The notes under the pieces: model-generated
Database searches by the model: none
What the model saw: the letters and a program-made list of their open reading frames with translations, nothing else
Told to the model about the DNA's origin: nothing
Part shown: piece by piece, positions 26,058 through 38,000 of the stretch
Layout: each line of letters opens with the position of its first letter
Position numbering within the stretch: position 1 is the first letter of the stretch
Translations under genes and position numbers: made by a program
NCBI GenBank assembly: GCA_030141605.1
Contig: JAQGDQ010000281.1
Span: forward strand, 186,001 to 250,000
Source: Tubiluchus corallicola
Lineage: Eukaryota > Animalia > Priapulida
Direction: 5' to 3'
Length of the DNA stretch: 64,000 nucleotides

Positions 26058-29000
26058 CTGCACGAATAAAAGTACATTAATATGTTTAATAGGTTTAACA
26101 CAATAATAATAATTAATAATGAAACTGATCATATCACCTTTTACTGCTCTCGGGAACACCCAGTTGCCTAAGCTGAAATTTGTGGGTATCGGCCTATCCA
26201 CAGATAAAACACAAAAAAAGGAACTCAGCCAGTAACTAATGCAGCTCAAACAGGAAACTTCAGTCTAATTAAGGCCGTGTTTTGTGCCCATAGAAGCAAG
26301 CACAAACACGGACATTTTTTTATGACTCACATGGAAAAAATTGGAACAATACTGCGCCTTTGCAAATCATTGTTTTCGGTGTTTATTGTTTCCATTGTGT
26401 CGGCACCAAAAGACACATACACGCACGGACCTGCACTTTAATTGCAAAACCTTTCTTATGCAGATGGACATATTCATTTCCATAATGGAGGGCGAACAAA
26501 TCATACACGCTGTATACAATAAAATCAGCTCTATATGACACAAGAAATCTGAAATATAGTCACAGAGACTTTAGAAGGCAACTATGGGTCGATGTAACCT
26601 TTAAAGTTTTTGTTGTTAACTTAACGTTTCTGTGAATTTAGGCCTGATTTTGTGATTCTATTGTGCATGCACTTTTTTTAAATTTGTAGTGCATACTTAC
26701 ACACGCTATTGCCACAGCATTTCGACTTCGTCCCAAAATTCCACTGCACAGTTGTGCTGTTATGGAGGAGAAAATTCTAAGCTTCAAAACATTGTTAGCT
26801 TTATAATAGAAGCCACTTTTTATCTGAGGTGAATACAACTAGTCTTTTTAAATTCCACTAGAAAACACGCTGTAAAAATTGCAACATATGGGCGTGCAAA
26901 AACAAAATCGACTGTAGTACAATAGTAATAAGGAGAAAAGGTACAGTAGGTACTTTTAAGGCTTCGTACAATATTTCATTGAAACTGCCACTGTTTACCT
27001 TCACCACCAAGTGAAAAATAGTCAAATTAAAGTTGACCAATACTTTGGTGCTGTCAGGCACTGAGCCAGGAGAAATAAAGGAGATACTTCTCTTTCTTTA
27101 CTGGTGATGAAGTTTACTGAGGGATTGAAAAAATGACTGCCAGAAAAAAGACTAACTGTTGTTAGAAAGATCAACAGGTTTATTCAATCTCTCATGTACA
27201 ACACTGACCAATTGTCACTTCCTTCAGCCAGTGTGCTATTTTTTAGTAATGTGGATAAAGTGAATGGAATGGTAATCAAATTTAATTGCATTTGATGAAT
27301 TTTGGTGTCATTGCTGCTTTATAGTAAATGGATAGGAAAAAATCTAGAGATGCACAGCCAAAAATTGAAGTTTGAATCCAGTATGTTCAGCTAAGCTGAC
27401 CAATGACCAGCAACCACAATATAATGCAGTTGCTGGATTAAAAGCCACCTGGTTTTTACTTACGATTTCTATTGTAGCCATCTTCTCGTACTGTGACTGT
27501 CTTGCCATTCATGGTGCCAAGTTGCATCTGTCCTCGCATGCTGTCTATCGTTAGTATCTGCCCTCTAACGATGTGGGTCTTCAAAACCTGCATGTACAAC
27601 AACATTTTATACAATGTTTCTGAAAAATTACACATGCATTTTAGTTTGCTCTTATGGTACACAAATAGGAGAAACAATGTTTCTTCATCCATTCCGTATC
27701 TGAATAAAGTGTTCAGCTAATCCATGAAATTTTCCACTTTATAAACTACACAGAAATCCAATTTAACACAAAAACAGATACGGAATACGAAATATTAACA
27801 ATAGAAAATTATAATAATATTTTTGCTGTTTTTTTGTTTGCTCATTAGGTGTCACCATGTACAAAGAACTTCAAAACTGCCTCAATAAAGAAGTTCCAAA
27901 CAGTTTATGTTGTCTTAACAAAAATGTGGGTAACTACGTGCATTAGTAATTAGGTAACTATATAAGGCAGATACTGTAGAAGTGAGCAAGTCTACCAACT
28001 ATTAGCCAAGTCTTAAAACAAAATTTGATATACAATTTATAAGACTGCTTAAATGAAATTCCCTTATGCCACCTTTTCCCGAATAAAGCCTAACAAAAAT
28101 GTTTCTCAATCACTTTCTAGAAAAAAGTGCTAATATTAACATTTTTTGGCTAATAAAAAAAACAATTAATTTCATCTTTCAAATTTCCACTATTTTACGC
28201 TCACTACCCAATTTTTGGCTAAAGATGTTCTTTAACTAAGTACTTAGTTTAAGATGCTACAAGACAAAAAAAAAACAGAAAGCTCATAATAACATTGCCG
28301 AGTAATAGCCTCATTCACATGAGAACAGATGTGCTGCAGCACAGAAGCACGGCTACAAAAATTATGGACATTTTGAAATTGACCAACGAAAGATGAACAT
28401 AAGTTCAGGAGCGCCATATAGATGCAGCATAGGAAAAACTATGCAATGATCAGCATTCAAGAACATTACAATTATATATATATATGAGAAAAAGTAGAAA
28501 ATAGAAAGGTGGGTGGCTAAACATTTGGGAATGGACATTGAAGAAATTCAAAGCTAAAACTGATTTAAGAGAAACAAAGATCTTACAAATTGATCAAAAT
28601 AATAATTGATCTTACAAATTGATAAACTTTCTTACATATTCAAGAACATTAGTACGTGATGTCAGTAGTTCATAGTCTCTATAAGCTCTGCTGTACATCT
28701 CGCGGAAAGCTTCATTGCTTGGAGCAAATACGGTAAAACGTTCATACTCTGCTGACAGAATATTCCGCAGCTCAAAACCTGTTTTCTCTATGTAGCGCTC
28801 AAGATCACTGGAAAAACCAATATTTTGAAATAGTATGCACATTTTCGTAACCAGTATCGCATTGTGAACCACCCATAAAAACAAAACAGCTCATACACAA
28901 GTTGATGCAACATTGAATGAATGGATGTGACTTAACTAAATTTGAAGGTCAAAATAATTTTGCAGCAATACGAGTATCACTTTTTATGAATAAAACAAAA

Positions 29001-32000
29001 ATGCATTTAAAGCCCTACCTTACTATACAAGATAAATTTAATTTGCAAACTGTTTACATTTTTTATGCAAATAGTAGTGATATACAATTTAGTTTCATTA
29101 TTTCACTGAAAAATCAAATTGCGCACACTGAGTTATTGAAAAAAATGCCCTGCATAACACTAATCGTAGCTCACTGTGTTGCCGAAGGTTGTTCAACAGA
29201 AGCAAGTTTTTACAAATAATCTTGTAAAGTGATTTTTTGATGTGACTGATTATTCAGATAATAACTTTGTATACTAAGTATGAGAAAAAAAACAGGTACC
29301 AATTTCAGTCTTTCAGAGTGACGTGGTTATGAAATCAAATACTGAATGTCTTAAATGCAAAGTGAGCTGGCAAATTGATTACGATGAGTTATTTCTGCAG
29401 AAATTAAGATATCAAGCTTACCTCAGATATCGTTCCTCTTCTATTTTTTGCCATATGCTTAAATAAGGAAATCCAAGAAGCGAGTCAATAACGTGAATGA
29501 CACCATTCGTAGTTCCCAGATTTGGCATGAGAGTTTCTGCCCAAATTCCATCACCATTTACATAATATGCTGTAAAACGAATGTAAAAAAATGTTTGCAA
29601 GAATTATCTGTTAAAAGTATCAAAACTTATATGGCTGATTAACTGAAATCAAGAACAGCTACTTGAGTTAACTGAAATAAGAGATTATTGCAGTATTCAC
29701 TACATAATTGCAAATGAACTTTAATGTTAAAATCTGTAACCAGTTGGAAAAGACATATATACTTTTGCTTATAATTCTTTTCGTTTTTCCAAGGTTATTT
29801 GGTAAGAAGTATATGAACATTAGTATTGTACAGTATACTTAAGCAGTTTTCAGAACTCAGTACTCACTCAATATGTAAACTGTAGAATGTCAACAGGTCA
29901 ACTACTGTTTAAAAGAACTACAGAGTGGAATAGTAAATGTGCATGGGACAATCTATTCCATGATCCAAAATACACTGGCTAGGTAACGTTCCTAACTTTT
30001 TTCATAAATATTTACAAGAATTTTAGCAGTGACATTTAAATAGCAATTAAAATACATATAGAAAGGAAGCATTGTTAGTTTTTGCTTTAAATATTATTTT
30101 TCTACCTAAAATGAGCAAAAAAACAAATGGCAAAAAACAAATAGTTTTAATTGATTTAAAACTGATTTAACGAAAATTTCCTTAATCATAATAGAGTAAT
30201 ACGCAAGGTAGTACTGAAAACAGTGTTCTAAATTATTTTGCAGCTTTATTTTTGTTTTTTTATTGTGGTAAGTTAAACTGAATACAGTCACGATATGCAT
30301 TTAGCAAAATTATAGTTAAAATGTTTTCAACTCACTTATAGCCGTTCCATTCTGAATCACCATGAACCGAAGTTTCTTAACATTACCAGATCCAGTCTGA
30401 TACGGATATCCCCCTCCACTTTGATATTGCTGATTCTGATTGTACTGATCCTGGCTTCTATCTTGATCTCGGTTATACTGATCCTGGTACTGACGATCCC
30501 TGTCTCTGCTGTCATATCTGTCCCGATCTTGATACGACCCACGCAGTGGTACTCCACCTCCAGCACCGCGCTGTGGACCGGCAAAGCCACCGGAAGTGTC
30601 GAGCATAGTGTCCAACTGTGTGTCGTTGTTCTGGTTGCGCAGGTAAACACGACCGGGTGACATGTGAAGACTCATCAGCTAAAATCATTAATGCATGATA
30701 AGATCAAGCAAGTCATTGACCTGTCACGCAAAAATGCCAGGTAATGGAGCACATTGGATCAGGTTAACAAAATAACAGGAAAAGGAAGATACCAATACAG
30801 TTAAAACACTAACAGCTGAAAAAAGACATTTTTAATTTACGCAATTCAGCAGTTAGTGCACAAAACAGGGAAAATGTAACACTATCTTAACTATACATAG
30901 TTTCTGCCATGTCAAAAACGTCCCAAAAAGGCTTTGCAAGACTTTTAATGCCATTTTGATAATCACACAACAAATAGCAAAATTTATTTATTTAGGGCTG
31001 AAATGAATCGTTCTTCATTTAGTAAGCAAAATAATAGTTTTACACAACTGTTGTAAAAAATTATTAAAAGTATATCTTTACACTTTAATATGATAACGTG
31101 ACCAGTATTATGATTCTCCGCTATGTGAGTGTAGTTTGATAAGTTGTTTGATGCTCATAAGTAATTAAAACCTGACTTACTGAACAGTCATTTTATACCT
31201 GAATCACTCGTCGTTCGTCTAGCAAAAGTTCAGACAGTTTTTGTACGGGGATCCTCTCAAATGCATAATTAGACGGCACGAAAAATGTCATCTGCTGTTC
31301 ACGAAGTGTCTCTCTTAATGGCTGCATGTAATTCTTAGTAAATATTTCAGTCCAGAGTTTCCTGCAAACAAATAAATTACAAAATAAAACCAATAGGTGC
31401 TAACAATCAAGAGTAATTCACACAAGACATGCCAAGCAAGAATAAAGGGCTAATTTAATTGCATTAAAAAATTCTGTGACACCAATTCATCACGAATGGC
31501 AAAAAATTTCACCATCAGACACTAAATGAATGCAGAAATATGTGAATGAACCATTAGTTCCATTTATTTTTCATTGAGCATAGATACAATTAAGTAATTT
31601 GTGATTAAAGAACTTTGATTATAGTGGTTATAGACCTACCAGCTAGTAAAATAAAAAACCAATTAGGTAGTCGCATTACAGAAAACTTGAATTTTTTCAC
31701 AAAATAACACAAACATGAAAAGCAGTAAAATTTTATGACTTACATTTTTTAGCTTATGACAAAACCAGTTATGGTTTATTTAAAAAACACTTTTTGTAGT
31801 GTTTATAATTGTTTCGTAATGGTAAATAGCAAGACCGATCAATTTGCAATTGCAAAAACCTTATTCAGCATGGCCAAATTATACAATGTAAGCAAATAAA
31901 TAAATAATGTTGTAAATAAAATTATTTTACAGTATCGTTTCAGCTGAATTTGCATGTCAGCATGTTTCTTTTTTCTACTTACGTCATGTTGCGATGAGTT

Positions 32001-35000
32001 TGAATAGTTTCTTCGGTATTTCTATATATGTAACCCAAAACATTGTCAATAATGTGAACAACACCATTGTCGACAGCAATGTTTGGTACGACAACATGAC
32101 TGTATACATCTCCCTCCAGTAACCCACCTCTAGGCTGTGTCATGCTGCTAGCCACATAATCTACAAAATACATGTATGACTTGTTACTGAGAAGTTTGTC
32201 ATGAAAAACAAAGTGGGAAAACTTTATTGGAGCTAACATATAGTCTGATAATCATACTCACATTTAAATTTACAGTTAATTTTTTGTAAAAAATTGTATA
32301 TTTTTAAGTGCTCACATGACCCTGGACCAAGGCAGTATTTAACTAAAAGCAATATTAAATATTAATCTAAACCAACCTTTAAATAGCTACAGTAAATCAC
32401 ATAGCATTTGGAAGAGATTCAAGCTAAGTTAGGAAACTATCTATCCTTGCCTATCACATGAGAAAATTAGATGGCATCCCAAAGAAAATGCAAAAACAAA
32501 TTTCTGCAGTAATATGTAGTAAGGTCAGCACTTTTTAATGCTGGAAGCAGGAAAGAAACAAATCGGCCTTCACTTCTGATAAAATACTTGGGCTTTTACA
32601 TGAGATTTTGTAAAAAGGCATTTACACGTTGATGAACAGTTTAGTTCATTTGAAAATGCAGTTTAAAACAACGAAAAGCAGGCTTACTACTGTGAAACAA
32701 ATTTAACAGTATTAAAAGAACTCACTTACATTCGATAGGAATATTTTCAGAAAGGTTTCCCCGTTGTTCAAAATGTAGTTTCACACCATCTGACTGTGAG
32801 TATCCATCGTAAATCTGACTCTTATCAAAGTTGTTTGTAAACACAACATAGCCCCTGATGATATGAGCCTGAAGCACCTAATTGATAGATCACATGCTTT
32901 AGTTGACATTAAATAATAGTAATTTACACCGATACAACTTGTCAATTTAAGAAAAACAAGACATTAGAAAGTTCATAAATTAGGTTTTTACTTTTTTCTA
33001 AAAATAATACGAATGTATAAAGGGTTTTAAGTCACAATAGATTGATAAAAAATGTGACTGAATGGAGTTAATTTTTACTAGATGACTGCATATTACTGGT
33101 ATATTGTCAAGCCAGAAACTTCACAAGTTCCGAATCATTTCTACATTGAATATGATTATGGTATGAGCAGCTATAGCAAACTAATGCCATTTTTCATAGC
33201 AGTCACTTTCAGTTACAGAGTGATAGTAAAAAATACATTTATAGATATTTTTATGAATATAGTGCTCTGGTCAGATATAACATGCATTTAGAAATGGCTA
33301 CCATATAGCGAGCAAAATATGAACATTTGTTACAAAGCATGAAGTAGATGTATCTTTTTTCATATTCCAATTACAATTTGCATTGTGAAGTAATAAAAAA
33401 CTTCACAATAATTGTAAACAATCACAAATTGACTTTTGTGGCATTTCAAAAGAACTTACCTTTTCAAATAGCTGGCTATTTTGTACTAACTCATTTCGCA
33501 TATCTGACGTGATTAGGTTAAAAGCTTGATCATTGGGCAGAAACATGGTTAACTTTTCAACTGGTCCTGTTGAAACTCGAGGCGCTCCTCCTGCAAAACT
33601 TCCTGGCAATGTCTGACGTGGTGCGCCCTGTTGGCGTGGCACGCCTGGCTGGCGAGGTTGTCCCGGCACTGGACGTCCCCCTTGGGTTATAGGTGGTGGC
33701 TGGTAACCAGGTGGAGGCTGCTGTGACCCAGGTATATGTTGGCCCTGGGGGTACCTGGCTACACTTGGAGGCTGGCCGGGAACTGGGTAAGACACAGGCG
33801 GTTGTCTTCGGCCAAAATCGCCTCCTGGTGTACCGGCAAAGGAGGGTCCAATATTGGGGCCGACATCATAAAATCCTGCACTTTTACCATTCTCACTCTG
33901 GTCTAGAATGTATTTCAACTCGCGAGGCATGGACCGTAACTGCCTGAAATACAAAAGACATAAAGTTTTTCTCTTCTGCTTCATATCACAGCACTACATT
34001 ACACAATAGAATACGGTAAACATAATTGTAATTCTGAATATATGTAATTTTCATTTATGTGACTTACCTGTAAAGCCAAATAAATAATAATGATAATGGT
34101 CGTACCTGTGAGCAGATGAAGAATTGATAAAAAATTCTAAAAATGCAAGGAACTGATAGCTCACAAGTGGAGCCTATCAGTTTAAGCCATCAGTTTCTGA
34201 GAATGTTGTAACAGCATTCTGTGCTGTCCTAGACAATTTTGAGAACATTTGCAAAATGTGGTAAAATCATTCAGTCTACACTCTGTAGTGCATTGTATAT
34301 TTATAATAATTCTTGTTTACAGGCTCAGATTATTTAGAGACCCAGATATGTGTTCTAGTTGAGACATCTCATTCATAAATTTGATAGTTGCACAGATGTA
34401 AAAACCAGTATTTTTAACCAACCAATAGCCAGACAGTATTTCAGACACACTGCTGCATGTATACAAATATTTTCACTAAAAGACACACTTAGTAACTTAC
34501 GTGAGTTGATAATTCTGGTACAGGTTGTTCTGGTCCAGAATTAATCCCCATATTGTCTCCCCAACTCCGATGGGAAATAATACTCTGTCTATTTTATGAA
34601 GCACACCATTGTTGGCGTCAATTTGAGGAAAATAAACAAAGGCTTGATTCACATGAATTCTCTGCATAAAAGCAAAAAAAAAGTTATGTAAACTGTGTCA
34701 TAAGTAAGAAAAAAACGAAAATCGTCAAAAAGCTTTTTGATAGCATAGTAGACCCTTTTACCTTTTCACAGCGGAAAGTGGCACACTGGTGCACATCTTT
34801 CATGTACTTGACCCCAACTATTTAACATTAATGACAGTACCAGTAGGCCCTGAAGTGAGTGATACGGCATGGTAAGCGATGTGAAGAATTGTATCAAAAA
34901 CAAAAATAAATAAACAAACGATGAAATATATTTAAAGCCACATAAATACAACAAAATATAATGGGTTTATAACAATACAATTTGGCTACACTTTGTTACG

Positions 35001-38000
35001 CGGATACTTACCTTTTGTGTTGGATTTATTCCATACTGGCTGACTTGAAAACCGGGTACAAACGGCGGATCGACTACGGTGATCCATACAGGTGCACTTT
35101 TAGGTGCTAATGTGGCAAGGCTGAAGTTTCTCAGCTGATTAACGAGAAAATCCTGCCTAGTAAACCTGTCATTTACTGAAATGGAAGCACATTATAATGA
35201 AAATAATGCAGCATCTATAATTTCCATTCTCTCCATATATATATATATATATATATATAGACATATATATGCACACACATATACACATACTATGGAAAAA
35301 CACAATATAATGTAGGAGTGAAACAAAGATATAATTTAACCAAGTTACTGACTACTGTGTCCTGTATGTTTTGAATATTTTACTGAAACTGTATGTTTGT
35401 ATTGCATTTTATGAAAACATGAAATAGTTGAGCAGAGTACTGCATGTCAACTAAGAGAGACATATATGCAAGGTTGTATAAGCTGCATAATAATATTCTG
35501 CAAACACACGAGTATTAACCAAACGCAGTACCAGTATACTAAAATATATGTTAGTATATTATCAGTATATTAAAACATTTGGTCTTCTAGTATTGAATTA
35601 ATTTCAGATCGCATGTATATGATTGGGTCTGATAATGCAGAATTTTTTATTTAGTCAAATAAACTACATTGCAAATAGATATATTTTGCTCAAATAATTG
35701 CTGAGCATTTTATACAAATTTTATGCTGTTACATCTACTTGGGATGCTGTTACAAACTGCAATGGATCTGCATCTAACAGTTCTTTCTTGTTATCATCTT
35801 TTTATTTTTTAATGTGTAATGGTAAGATATCAGTACGATCGATTTTTTCCAAAAGAATTTGTTTTTACCCAAGATTTCTCCTGTTTACTTCACTAGTATG
35901 GACAAGCATACAGCCTTATGGCCTACGCATATCATTGTCATTATATCGTTACACACATACGTACATACCTACATACATGTTCATACGTTGCTTGTAAACT
36001 ATTGTGGGTGCTTAAATTTTGCGTGTAAATAAATCAGACGTTTCAGCTTAAAAACCCGTTATATATTCTAAAAGCACTACCATTATTATGCGACACTTAC
36101 ATAAGTGATAATTCCATGTGCGTAAGCTGTCTAGCTCTCTGGCATCATTCCCATGCTCTTTTAAATAAATATTTATGGCTTCATCTGTTGGAGCAAATAC
36201 AGTGTATGTATATCCAGGTTCACTCAATTGATTCTTCAGATACTTTTGTGCATAATTTTGAAACTAAAAGCAAAAACATACTTTTGTGCATAATTTATAA
36301 ACTAAAAACAAAAACAACATCATGTATAATTAGTATTAGATCACATAGTATGCAGCCACAAAATCAGACTATATATTGCCAAAAAACCTCAGTAGAACAA
36401 TAATGTGGACCTTACTCTCCTACATAAGCCTATCATCAAATCACTGCCGACACTGAGAGTGGCCAAATTCTATACTTGCTAAGTGATTTCAGATCTGTTT
36501 GATAGGTTCTGCTAGACTGCCTAGACAGGCATGTATTACATTCCATAATTTAAGCAATGGTTACCGACTAGGCAAACAGGTTATAGTGTTTTTACAGTGA
36601 GTTTACTGTAGTCTCAAAGAATAATAAATTGTCAAATTACTCTGCATAAAATTATGAAATGTAAGAAGTCTGCCATATTATATTGATAAAGATAAAAACT
36701 TTGTACTATGCTAACATTACATTAAAACTTGGTAATAATTTCAAGTAAGCATAAGTTTAGGTTAAACATTTTTCTTGCTTATATATATATATATTTGTAA
36801 AACATCTTCGATACAGATGTAATGCTATGCATATATATATATGTTTTACAAATAGCCACTGGATTATTGCAATATAAACATAAAAACAATATCAAGCTTT
36901 AAAATCACTAGAAATAATCAAGATTTTAAAACAAAATATTTGTTCGTGAATTGAATCAAGTAAAACGAATTGGATTTGTAAGATAAAGGCATTCAGCTGT
37001 TATGAACAAGAAATTTGTATTGACTACAAAGAATAAGGAATTTCTTAACTTGCCTTAAGCTGTAAGTGCCATGAAACATTATTTAAAAAATAACATAACT
37101 TAACTTACACTTTAAATACAAACTTAACGTAAGGATGAAGAAACCGGCTTGGCGGCTTCTTTAATATTCTATACCAAGCAGTTCATAACCCTTTCTAAAC
37201 TAGTTTTTCAGACAGCGAAATTATAAAGTATAATTTTTTATAATAAAATTTTTAAATAGCAACCAAATTTTACTTCAGTTGAGATTTGTAGCATCTTTTT
37301 TTGACATTTTGCAAATTGTAGTGTTCATTTATCTAAGTTATGTCGAAATCAACTATAACTTGTCAATTTTCATAAATTTTCTGAGAAATTCCCAGATTTA
37401 TAGTTAAAACAACACAACTTTATTAAAACTTTTACTTTAACTGTACTTTTAACGCCAAACGTTTAACTTTTAATTTCAGCATTTACATTTTAACTTTGTA
37501 AAGTAAAATTTTTAATAAAGTTGCGTTGTGTTAACTATAAATGTTTCGTGCCTGTAATAAAAAAAATTCTTAGATTTTTCTGGTTCATTCCAATCTCAGG
37601 GAAAATCTTTTCAACTTCACATGATAAGCCATACCTCCTACTGCAATAGAAATTGCAAAATCTTAACGATTCTTTAGTAGGTGTAAGTTGCTTTATTATC
37701 AAGTTTGTTGTTTGCCTAATTTATAACGATGTCGAGCATGTGTAAACGTCCCATACAGTGTATTACCACTGTTGTTTTAGAACGACTGCAGCACCTTATA
37801 AAATAGTGACTGAAATTCCATAATTTGCAACAATCTTACGAAACAGTAATGTAATAAATTTTCCCAGTTCGAAAGTTATAAGTTTCATTATATTTCGGTT
37901 ACAGAAATCATAGTTAATCTCAGTTAGTGATGTCAGTACGGTTTGAGCAGGCATTTGAGAAAAAGAAAAAAAATATAATTATTTTACAAAAAGAACCAAT

